This document shows positions 23,859 through 35,000 of a stretch of DNA of 64,000 nt, piece by piece. The stretch is from Anthoceros angustus. Its lineage: Eukaryota > Plantae > Anthocerotophyta. Location of the stretch: NCBI GenBank assembly GCA_010909165.1, contig MU008212.1:1-64000 (forward strand), read 5' to 3'. Below the pieces are notes generated by a model. That model was not told the origin of the DNA, searched no databases, and worked only from the letters and a program-made list of their open reading frames with translations. The number at the start of each line of letters is the position of its first letter. Position 1 is the first letter of the stretch. The translations under genes were made by a program, and so were the position numbers.

Positions 23859-25821
23859 ATGGCTCACAGGCACAGTTTCAGGAATCCAAGCCCTGCACTC
23901 TCAAACGAATATGACGCAGTGGATCTGCTGTTCAGGGACTGCGCATCCAGCTCTCGCCAGCGAACATCCCGACTGGAGGATAACTATGATCCGACATTCC
24001 CCGACCACCCCGTGATGAGCGGGTATCTATGCACCTGGGCCAACTTCATCGCCTTCGCAGACAAGCCCGCCTTCAAATGGGTGGACGCGAGCTGCAGGAG
24101 ACGGACTCCATCACCTACAGAGAGCTGAACTCTGCCGCATCCGCCATCGCATCACACCTTCTGCACCGGACTCCCGCACCCTTCTTCAAAGGAGATCGAG
24201 TTCTGGTGATGTACCCGTCGGGCCTGGACTTCATCAAGGTACAAGCAGTGGCAGAAAATGCTTCTCCTTATCGTGCCATGCCTGTTTCCCGAACTTGGAA
24301 TTGACCCATAATGCGCGCAGATCCTGTTCGCCTGCAAACGGGCTGGCCTCACTATAATCCCGATCTCGCCCCAGATCCCGGCACATGCGGCCGCAGGACG
24401 TGGAGCGGTTGGCTGCCGTCTGCAGGAAACTTCCCCACGGGCAATCCTCGCCCCGGCCGAATACGCCGCGTCCATCAAGCGGAGGGCGGGGGACTGGGTA
24501 CAGCAGCGGCTTCAGCTACATCCGTTTTGGCAGCGCTGGGTGGGTGGACGCGGTCCGGGAATCGTCATCCTCTCCTCCCTTACCCTCCAACCAGTCTACT
24601 TCTCCTGCTCCCCGGACGACATCTTCCTGCTTCAGTACACCTCCGGTACCACCGGCAGGCCAAGCCGACACTGATCTCTGCGGGCTCCGCAGCGCACAAC
24701 GCTAGGGCAGCGCGCCGAGCCTACGACCTAGGCCCCGCCACCGTCATCGCGTCATGGCTCCCGCAGTTTCACGACTGCGGCCTCATGTTCACAATGCTGA
24801 CGGTGGCGTCCGGGGCGACGGCCGTGCTTTCTTCCCGACGGATTTCGCCGCCCGGCCCTGCCTGTGGCTGGAGATGGTCTCCGCCTTCAAGGCCTCCTGT
24901 ACCGTGGTCCCGGGCTTCGCTCTCCCGCTCTGCGCGCGACGCCATGAGCAGGAGGCCGGCACCCGCTCACCCTGGCCTCCCTCCGCCACCTCATCCTCAT
25001 CAACGAGCCCCTCTTCGCGCAGGACGTGGCCGCCTTCCTCCGCGCCTTCTCCCCTGGGCCTCCAGAGCTCGGCCATCGCCCCGTCGTACGGCCTGGCGGA
25101 GAACTGCACCTTCGTGAGCACTGCCTGGCCGGGGCCCTCCTGCCCTGCACACCAGGGCCTGCTTCCGGTGGCCAGGATCCCTTCCTCCCCAGACATGGAC
25201 ATCCGGGTCGTGAATCCGGCAACAGAACGGGAATCAGCACCAGGCAGCGAAGGGGAAATCTGGGTGAGCTCGCCGAGCAACGCATCCGGCTACGTCTCCG
25301 ACCCGGATCTCTCCCGCCGCGCCTTCCACGCCAGGCTCAGATTCTGCTCCTTGCCCCAGCCCGCCTCCTTCCTCCGCACCGGGGACCTGGGCAGGATCGT
25401 GGGCGGCTTCCTCTACGTCACCGGGCGGCTGCAGGACGTGATGCTGGTGGAGGGCAGAACCCAGCATCCGCACGTCCTGGAGAGGAGCGTGTTCCAGAGT
25501 AGCCCCGGCTTCCGCGCAGGCTGCTGCGTCGCCTTCTCCGTCTCCGCCTGCCTGGTGCTTGTGGCCGAGCTGGTGCACCAGGAGCACGCCACCGCACAGT
25601 GCTTGCCTGCCATGGCCCGCCTGGCCCAGCACGCTCTCAGTAAGAACCACGGCATCCACGACTGCACCATCGCCCTGGTGGCTGCCCGCTCCATCCCTAA
25701 AACAACTTCCGGGAAACTTCGCCGCTCGCTAACTCGCCACCTTTACCTCAACCACCACCTCCCAATCCTGCACTGCATATCCTTCTATCAGACTTTCTCA
25801 ACCTCCCGCTGCAGGTTGTAA
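23859..25821 (+). CDS. Fatty acyl-AMP ligase (FAAL / FadD-like) copy A; 2 exons; frameshifts possibly sequencing errors
   Basis: Plant FAAL-like N-terminus (NYDPTFPDHPV...WA...DKPAFKWV), intron 24239-24320, and adenylation motifs LLQYTSGTTGRPK, SWLPQFHDCGL, SYGLAENCTFVS, EGEIWVSSPSNASGY, FLRTGDLG and IPKTTSGKLRR. Confidence 0.85.
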
Positions 25822-27289
25822 ATTCCACACTTTCGTCTGGTCGTACAAATAACTGTGACATGGAAATCTGGTACCTATCGAATCTGGAGATAATTATTAT
25901 TATCTAAGCTACCAGGTATATATTCTTGGTACGTTTTGTAATTAAATAATCCTTGTTGCTCCAAGGGCTATTAGGGATTGATAGTTGATACAGAATCTTT
26001 AAAAAGCTTACGTAGGACTTTTATCATGGAATCTTAATTGGTACCATCTTGGAAATGTCAAACAAGAATATGAACAACCCGAAAAACACAAATAACTTTC
26101 TTCACCACTTAATGTAATCAAGAATGATAAAAATAACTATATATAACTTAAAACTAGTATTATAATACTGGGTAAAGTTTATAACCATAATCTTCAAGAA
26201 CACTAGTATTTTATCATGAACTGTTGTAGCTTTGTTTGTATTTTATTACTTGTAACTATTCCCACTATAGATTCTCAATTTTATGATCTTGGGTGCAATC
26301 CAAAAATATTTAGCCCTATAGATCACAGCAAAGTTTTTAAAATTCATGTAGATCGATGTTGAATGATTTCGTAACCAAGCTTGAAGGATTTGATCTGATT
26401 ACGGATCACGAAGAGTTGATCTCATTCATTACTTTGCCTGATTTTAAAGGCAATATCAAATGTACTTATAACTTATTGGCATGTTTGTGGTGTGTTGATT
26501 GTGGGCAATTTGATGTTGGAAGAAAATGTAGGGACCATGTTGGCGGATATTGTGCGCATAGTGCATGTACATTTGAATATTTGTACATTCATCAACAAGA
26601 CATTTGTCCAGCGCCATAGGAAATTGAATTTTATTATAAACATGAACCATGTTATTGTTTCATGTATATAATTTATTTATCTCAAAATTTTATTTTTTAC
26701 ATAAGATCAAAATATATTTAAAGGATTTATGTTTTCTATGAAAACAATGGTTTAGCTCCCAAAAAGCATCCAAGGCGTGAATAAACCACTAAGGTTAGAA
26801 AGATGCAACATTTGGGTAAGATGTATCAAGACATGAAATCTTCAACTCACAAATTTCATCTCTAAAATATCTCATGAGTGAGAAATAGGAGTTTTAATTA
26901 AATAAATAGATGAATTTTAAGTAGATTATGACTTTGGTTAAGGGTAGTCAACAGAAGCCTAAATCTTAGACCTACCTAATTTAGCCCCTCAAGCCCTCAT
27001 GGTTAATGCTTGTGTATATGCTGTTTGATTACAAAGATTACCATAGATTAGAAAATATATGACTTTTATTGGTTTAGAATAAGGTATTTAAATATTCATT
27101 TAAAAGCTCAAAATATTTAGACTAGATCTTGTTGATTCTACAATGGTCACCCGAGAGTTTTACCTAGATGACAATCTAAAGCTTCTTTCATATATGTTGA
27201 TTTTTAATAACTAAATAAGAAAAAATATAGAATGGTCGCTTATAACGAGCTACGTGTTCGTATAATAATTACATAAATTACTACAAGAA

Positions 27290-28080
27290 TTCAAAGTGAA
27301 ATGGCCAATCAAAAATGGTTTGAGGTTTTGCTTGGGTCCATCTTCAATCAAGCATAATACAAAACCAAGGTAGCTAACTTTCTCCATGAGAAACTCACAT
27401 TTCTTTTATAAACAAAACATTTCTTCGATGTTCGCGAAAACATATTTCTTTTGATGTTCATAAAAACACATTTCTTTTGATGTTCCGTGCCCAGTTAGAA
27501 GAAGGGCTAAGTGTGGTTTGTGCTCTTGTGCATCCTTAAAAAATCACATTTTGTTATGAAATGAGGTTTTGGCAAAAATATTGTGATTTTTAAAATTTAA
27601 ATCATTTGAATCCACATTTTGCTTCTTTTGAGCAGGCTCCTCTTTCTCACGGTCCCGTCAAGTGCCTCTTTTCAGCATACTCCTCTTTCCTACCCTAGCC
27701 CGTCAAGTTAACGTTCGATGCAATTTTCTCCCGCAACATGGAATCTACAATTCTCCCATTTGAGCATCCATGAAATTCTCCGCCCGGCATTCATGGGATT
27801 ATTTCCTTCCGAACCACGGCATTCCATTCGTCAGGAGAAGAGTCTCTTCTCCATGAAGACCCAGACTTCTTTGTTCTTAATTGAGCGAGGACCATGATGA
27901 CTCCCCACCTCCGACTCCCTCTCCTCCTCTCGTCTCCCTCATTAATATCTACAAAGCGTTTATCCCTTGCGGATACAACATAGAATCTTTCTCCTCCTTG
28001 GACTTAGCCCCATAGCCCCTGTACAAGTGAATGAGGAGAGGGTGAGAAGAAGAGACTTCACCCTTGTCCAAGAACTTGAG
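27290..28080 (-). mobile_element. Degraded Ty3/Gypsy remnant (RT/RH connector, possible chromodomain), copy A
   Basis: KCEFLMEKVSYLGFV...MDPSK...IFDWP is a Gypsy RT-type motif (clearest in copy B ORF 46143-46355). A weak chromodomain-like AENFMDAQ lies at 27700-27900. Confidence 0.6.
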
Positions 28081-29940
28081 CCTCTCTTATGCTAAGGAGA
28101 GTAAACCGTTTTTTATAAGACCTTTTTCGTGTGTAATTGCTTACATCTTTCGATCCCAACTTGCTCTTGCCTCTCTTGCTTACATCTTGCATGATCATCA
28201 CACATTGCACACATGCGATCGTAGGCTACCAAATTCTTTACACTCTTGCACATGCACACAAAAGAGTAGCTCACGTCCACACATCGCCAACCTACACACT
28301 CGCATACACTTGTAGCCATACATGCGGAGCGGACCTACCCCAAACTAGACGCAATCCGCACACCAGACATTCATAGACACTACACATTGCTACACAGACA
28401 TACTAGCCACTTTAGCTGCTGCAAGAGGCAAAGGAGATGGCTCTTATTCCCACAGCGCAATTAGAGGCATGCAATTTGCACGCCTGCAGACAGAATAGTA
28501 GCTCATGAGCTGCACATCGCCACACAGCAGAGCAATACTGAGTGGAGCAGCTTTCATGCTCGCGCACACTTGCAGGCACACATGCCAAGCTTGACCGCCA
28601 CAAAGTTGTAGCTCATCCTGCGCATCGGATGCCACCTATTCCGGATACCTTGAACCAAACCACACAAGCCTGGCAGCGTCGGGCGTCAAGTTGAAATTGA
28701 AACCTAGACACTAGGCGGATGCTCCTTTCTTTGCTCCCCTTGCGGTCAGTAGGAGCCCAATGTTTGGGAGGTGTTCCCACCTTCCACGACATTGATGGGA
28801 CCGCTTCCTACAAAACAAGCTGGCGGCAAGGGACACCGCCGGAGCATTGAGAGAGGCCAAAAAATACACACCTTCTGGGTTGCTTCCGACTCGCGCCTTC
28901 CCTCCCTTTTCCGCTCTAGTCGGTGACCGCATTGTCTCGAGTAGGCATGCAAACGGAGAAATTGTTGTGCTTGGGCGCTCGCAGTAAATGGAGGCACTTT
29001 GGTGACGAGTGCTTCACTCCGCCGGGCATGAAGATGATGGCGTGGCACTGGCCGACTTGCGGTGAGCAGGTGCAAGTTCGAAATGTATTTGCCTTGTATA
29101 AGACTTAACCATAAAATGATTTTAGAATATCACTTAAATTTTGGCCAATTGTATCACAGTGCCGCTTGGTCGCTTGTTTTTAATACATAACGTGGTACAC
29201 CAAAATGGACATACATCCAAACACCTTGCCTCGTGGTGAAGGGGTTGCTAACAAAGTGATTGCACAAGATATTAACCACAAGTGGTTGAATGCCTTGCAC
29301 GTGAACTTGCGGTGGCGATTTGGATGAGCATCTCCACATTGATGCTATATTGGGGTCCATATTGATATTCCGCAGCATGTTTGGATGTGTCCTGACTTGA
29401 AGGAACAAGCGGAGGGTCCAAAAGCGAGAGGATTTTTGACTTGGAGCATGAGGTTCTTGTCCACGAGGCGTGAGACATTTCTTCGTTCGTTCGTCCACCG
29501 TATGTTCATTTAAACTTATGCCACTCGATGTGGACCCACTACCACCGGCATGCGGCGTCAGTTGCCCTATTGCATCGGGAAGCGATCCACTTCTGCATTA
29601 AGATGTAGAAAACACAAGCATCATGTCCATGTGGCAAGTCCATCGACTTTTGAGCCATGTGGGCACTCGGACCGTGATTATTACTTGTGCTGTATATTTT
29701 ATTTTATTTTAATTATGTACCTCTAGAACTAGTGATGGGGCATGGGCATCAAAATGACATAAACATAGATGGTTGTCAAATTATGGACCCTTATGGCGGA
29801 TACCTCGGCTCTAGTCAATTACAGCCCTAATTTTCGAGGATTTTTACAAGTGTGCTCGAAATGCCATGTTCAAGTCATAAGAAACCCCACATATAATAGA
29901 CCCAAAAGCCCGTCATGTATATTCAGCCCTTTAAATATTA

Positions 29941-29990
29941 TTGTATTATGATAAATATCCTTAGGTCGGTAGTTTGATTCCGGAGATCGA
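29941..29990 (+). pseudogene. tRNA-Tyr 3'-half relic, copy A
   Basis: TTGTA, AT-rich intron-like spacer, then ATCCTTAGGTCGGTAGTTTGATTCCGGAGATCGA, compared with canonical ATCCTTAGGTCGCTGGTTCGAATCCGGCAG. Confidence 0.65.
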
Positions 29991-30314
29991 ATTGGTCATT
30001 GGTAGTTAAAGAGGGTTTCTATGGGATTGCTTCCACGCTCGAGTCCGATGGGGAGTTTTACATTTTCACAGCCTTGAGCTTTTGCCAAAAAGGAAGCATT
30101 CGGCTGGTATAAGTTATTCTTTCAAGCTTAAATGAAGCTGAACTTGATTCTTAAGATTAAGAGTTGAACTACAATGGTTAAAGCTCAAATTTATTGTTGA
30201 AAGCTAGATTAAAATTTTAAAGCTGAGTTGAATTGTTATGAACTGAATGTGGAAAGGTGAAGATGCGCTCTGAACTCGTTTTCCATGTTGATAAATCCTT
30301 ACCCACTGGTTCAG

Positions 30315-30383
30315 TCCATCTCCGCGCAGAACTGTAGTTTTGCAGATATCCTTAGGTCGCTGGTTCGATTCCGGCAGATGGGA
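30315..30383 (+). pseudogene. tRNA-Tyr(GTA)-like gene lacking the D-arm, copy A
   Basis: TCCATCT pairs with AGATGGG (7-bp acceptor stem, then discriminator A). ACT-GTA-G, intron TTTTGCAGAT and an intact 3' exon with B-box GGTTCGATTCC are present. D-arm/A-box are absent and the anticodon stem is mismatched. Confidence 0.8.
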
Positions 30384-30450
30384 TGCGTAAGTTGGAAGTG
30401 GTTAAAGTTGATTCTTTTCCCATCTAAATCAATCTCTATGTACCCTCCCT

Positions 30451-30545
30451 CGATGAGGGCGGCTGCAAGGTGAGAAATCTGCAGGCGAGATGCAGTCTTT
30501 CGATGAGGGCGGCTGCAAGAAGAGAAAGCTGCAGGCGAGATGCTT
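30451..30545. repeat. ~50-bp direct repeat, 2 copies (TCGATGAGGGCGGCTGCAAG...CTGCAGGCGAGATGC)
   Basis: Read directly; also present at ~49361-49455. Confidence 0.75.
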
Positions 30546-30774
30546 CTGACAAGTACTGGACGACGAGGTTTCTCCTTTTCGTGGATAGGTCGGTGCATGG
30601 CAGTGTGACATGCTTGCTTGGGGAACGTGTACTTGAGCGCGACCTTCCCCAACTGCGAAGATGCCATCAACTTATGCCATCGATCTCAGCAGCAGAGCGA
30701 AGTCTCGAATGCCTGCCTATATGCAACCCTACATCTACGATTCCTTGCAATTAATTCCAGTCTGAGACCCAGAG

Positions 30775-31443
30775 ATGGCCTCCTGCATCCATCCACGCGT
30801 ACGCTGGTGCTGTTCTTCTCCTTGGCAGTGATACTAGCCCTGGCAGGGGCGTACGACGAGGACGCCATGGTCGACTTCTGCGTGGCGGACCTGAGCTCGC
30901 GGACCCGATCCAACGCGTACGACTGCAAGCCGGAGTCGGAGGTGACGGGAGAGGACTTCCGATTCAGCCTGGCGCCGACCGCGCCCGGGCCCGGCTTCCC
31001 GCGGGCCAAGCTGGGCCTCACCTCCGCCTTCGTGCAGCAGTTCCCGGCGCTGAACCTGCAGGGGCTGGCGGCGGGGCTGCTGAGCTGGGAGCAAGGTGGG
31101 CAGACGCCGCCGCACACGCACAACCGGGCCTCCGAGCTCATCTACCTCCTGCAGGGCAGCGTCAAGGTGGGCTTCGTCTCCAACGCCAACTTGCTGTACC
31201 AGACGGTGCTCAAGCCCGGCGACCTCTTCCTCTTCCCCAAAGGCCTGCTGCACTTCCAGCAGAACGTGGGCGCCGGCCCTGCCTCCGCCCTCGCCGTGCT
31301 CAACAGCCAGGACCCCGGCGTGCAGCTCGTGCTCAACGCGCTCCTGGCGTCCAGCCCCTGCACATCGACGACGCCACCGTCTCGCAGAGCTTGGCGTTCC
31401 TCTCAAGACCGTCAGGAGCCTCCGGAAGGGTTTCCTCGCTTGA
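30775..31443 (+). CDS. Germin-like (cupin) protein, copy A; frameshifted near start and C-terminus (pseudogene or consensus error)
   Basis: Signal-peptide-like LVLFFSLAVILALAG, box A MVDFCVAD, TPPHTHNRASE and PKGLLHFQQN with His/His/Glu/His ligands intact, and C-terminal LGVPLKTVRSLRKGF* in another frame. ATG 30775 is out of frame with the main ORF. Confidence 0.85.
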
Positions 31444-31562
31444 TCCTCGCGAGATTCAGATCTCTTCTTCCCCCGCTTACTTGTTGTTTCCAAGTTTTAA
31501 GTTTATTGAACGTGAGGTCTCCTGCTCAGGAACTTTTCCCAATACTTACATGGGCCTTCAGC

Positions 31563-31672
31563 TTCAGCCCCAGACTCTCATTGAAGCAACATTCTCTCCA
31601 CAATGGCCTCCCACAATGCAGCCCCAGACTCTCATGGAAGAAACATTCTCTCCACAACGGCCTCCCACAATG
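31563..31672. repeat. 54-bp tandem repeat, 2 copies, downstream of germin
   Basis: CAGCCCCAGACTCTCAT(T/G)GAAG(C/A)AACATTCTCTCCACAA(T/C)GGCCTCCCACAATG x2; also at ~50470-50580. Confidence 0.8.
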
Positions 31673-31707
31673 CAGTAACCCTAGAACGTCCAAAGGGGTT
31701 TGCGCAT

Positions 31708-31740
31708 TTGAGCACCGTCTGGTACAGCAAGTTGGCGTTG
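31708..31740 (-). repeat. 33-bp exact inverted copy of germin coding sequence 31181-31213
   Basis: TTGAGCACCGTCTGGTACAGCAAGTTGGCGTTG is the reverse complement of CAACGCCAACTTGCTGTACCAGACGGTGCTCAA. Also present at 50615-50647 versus 50089-50121. Confidence 0.93.
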
Positions 31741-32029
31741 AATCTGCTGGATGTCTACGTTGCCTATCTTAGGGATATTGTCCTGTCCGGTTTCGTGACA
31801 GACCATGGATGAATGTCATGGTTTCGGGGTAGACGGCACAAGATACTTCTTCACTTGTCCTCATGGCTTTGGTGCCATGCTGCATCCCGACAAAGTGAAG
31901 GTGCCTTTCTGCTGGGGCTGATACATCAATGTACAGCAGCCTTAGGTGCTGTAATCCAATCCCAGTATGAGCAGCAGACTTGATGACCGTGTATGAGGCC
32001 AAGTGTTTTGACTATATAAGAAAAGGTTG

Positions 32030-35000
32030 TGCTGGAGTAGAAACTCTGGCGCCACGGATTAGGCTTTAGCACCCAAGAGTTATTAGGGCACGTTTCGTGC
32101 ATAGGTAGATAAATGTTTTAGTTGGTGAAGAGCAGTTCTATTGGTTACGCTAGCACTCGACATTAGTGCGGTTACAACCGCATCTAAGACACTATATGTA
32201 CAGCATTCTCGCTTAAGCAGTTCAATCATCATAGCTCAATCTAGCATCTTGCTCTGCTTTATGGTATCAGAGCCAAAGGGCCAACTGTCGTTCGGCATCG
32301 CTCACGCGCCACGCGCCTGGTGTCGCAAGTTCACCGATGGCGGCGATGGATGGCGGCAATCCGGCATCACGATCCACGAGATCGGCAAGATGCCTAGAAG
32401 GCGCACCCCGGCCTCTTACTCTCCCTTGGGAGGCGCCTCGATGCTGCAAGTTATTTGCGGGGTATCAAAGATGAGCGGAACTTGGCCTCAAGTCTCGTCC
32501 GACATCGGTCCCCTCGACCAACCAGCCACACGGGATCCTCTCTTCCATCACGCGCCTCCGAATTCATAGCGTTTTGCTAACCGCATGTGCAGATTCCAAC
32601 CGCCTCGAGATCACGTCCACCAACTGTTTGTTTCGAGCCGTTATCACCCCTCGACAGCAAATCACGAGTTGGATCACAAATCCCATCACTCCACTTTGCA
32701 TTAGAAGATTTATCTTAGCATTAGGTACTAGAGTCGTTAGTACATGCTTGCCTTGATCCACTTAAATCGCACTTGAAAATTGAAACTAGAGGCAATGGTG
32801 CGGTTATCAACACAACGAAGATCGAGTTCCACGACGCGATCGCTTCACGAACCGACTTTGGCGTGTGGAAATGCATAATGCGCTTCTCGAGACCAAGATC
32901 TCATGGACATAACCGATGGGACACTCCCTATTACCTGCTACAACACTGGGGACTCCCGACTGATAGCGACTGGCGGAAGAAGATAAGAAGGCCATAAATT
33001 TGCTTATCTCGACTTTAGATAAAACCATGCTTGACATACGAGCAGACCACGACCCATCGGATTTGGAAGGCTTTTAAAGACATGTTCCAATCGGGCCGTT
33101 ATCACCCCTCGACAGCAAATCACGAGTTGGATCACAAATCCCATCACTCCACTTTGCATTAGAAGATTTATCTTAGCATTAGGTACTAGAGTCGTTAGTA
33201 CATGCTTGCCTTGATCCACTTAAATCGCACTTGAAAATTGAAACTAGAGGCAATGGTGCGGTTATCAACACAACGAAGATCGAGTTCCACGACGCGATCG
33301 CTTCACGAACCGACTTTGGCGTGTGGAAATGCATAATGCGCTTCTCGAGACCAAGATCTCATGGACATAACCGATGGGACACTCCCTATTACCTGCTACA
33401 ACACTGGGGACTCCCGACTGATAGCGACTGGCGGAAGAAGATAAGAATTTGCTTATCTCGACTTTAGATAAAACCATGCTTGACATACGAGCAGACCACG
33501 ACCCATCGGATTTGGAAGGCTTTTAAAGACATGTTCCAATCGGGCCGTTATCACCCCTCGACAGCAAATCACGAGTTGGATCACAAATCCCATCACTCCA
33601 CTTTGCATTAGAAGATTTATCTTAGCATTAGGTACTAGAGTCGTTAGTACATGCTTGCCTTGATCCACTTAAATCGCGCCCGGAAAATTCGGAAACTAGA
33701 GGCAATGGATGCGGTTATCAACACAAGTCGAGTTCCTGACGCGATCGCTTCACGGGACTTTGGCGTGTGAAATGCGCATAAACTGCGCTTCTCGAGACCA
33801 AGATCTCATGGACATAACCAATGGGACACTCCCTATTACCTGCCTGACAACCACATGAGACTCGACTGATAGCGACTGGCGGAAGAAGATAAAGGCCATA
33901 AATTTGCTTATCTCGACTTTAGATAAAACCATGCTTGACATACGAGCGCGAACCCATTGCGGATTTGGAAGGCTTTTAAAGACATGTTCCAATCCCGAGT
34001 TCCATGTCCCTTATACATGCAACAAGACATTTCTACGCTGAAAATGAAGGAGAATGTATGACAAGGGAGATGTTAGCAATGTTACGGCGACTGGAGCTCG
34101 GTGGCAGTTGTGCCACAAGGCAAGCACAGCCCGTGAGGACTTGAAGTTGTGATGCGTCTTGTTCTACACTCTCAACACACTTTCTCGAGTCGTTGGCGCA
34201 CTCTTGGGCGAAGAATCCGGCCGCTCACAATCAGTCAAGGTGCAAATCATGCCCTCTTTACTTCGAGGCCGAGGAGGAAGGCGAGGCGGGAGGAGCTTCT
34301 CGTGAAGATCTTGAGACCGGTCATCACCTGAGGATTCAACAACTCCAGCCAGCCTCATAAGAAGAGCAGGAAGGACCCATGACGGTGCCGCATTCCCGAG
34401 CACTCTGAGCACCAGTCGAGGAAAAGCAGTCGGAGAACCCCGAGACTCACCCGAGCAGGTCCAACGTGACTACATCAATCAAGTCACCCCCGCAAGCTCA
34501 ATTCTAGCCGTTTGCTTGACACGATTGACATGCAGATGGTTTTAGATTGAGCGACAACCCACATCTGCGGCGGTAGGATATGTTCACATCCTACCATACG
34601 TCAACCGACCACGTCCTCCTCGAAGATGCGGTTATCAACAGCGAAGATCGAGTTCCACGACGCGATCGCTTCACGAACCGACTTTGGCGTGTGAAATGCG
34701 CATAGCTGCGCTTCTCGAGGACCAAGATCTCATGGACATAACCGATGGGACACTCCCTATTACCTGCTACAACAACACAGAGACTCCACGACGATAGCAA
34801 CTGGCGGAAGAAGATAAAGGCCATAAATTTGCTTATCTCGACTTTAGATAAAACCATGCATACAGGAGCGAGACCACGGCCCATCGGATTTGGAAGGCTT
34901 TTAAAGACATGTTCCAATCCCGAGTTCCATGTCCCTTATACATGCAACAAGACATTTCTACGCTGAAAATGAAGGAGAATGTATGACAAGGGAGATGTTA

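Noticed and set aside
24152-25694. Long antisense and alternate-frame ORFs over FAAL, germin, TSB and CDPK (e.g. 19572-20324, 30834-31493, 63197-63988)
   Set aside because: Shadow ORFs of GC-rich coding sequence with no recognisable domains.
26356-26650. Cys-rich ORF suggestive of a DNA transposon or Helitron fragment
   Set aside because: No convincing catalytic motif, TIR or Helitron end found in the AT-rich region.
28100-29500. Possible LINE remnant (SNPFTTRQGV...HFGVP)
   Set aside because: Similarity too weak, and no YADD-type motif, poly(A) tail or TSD.
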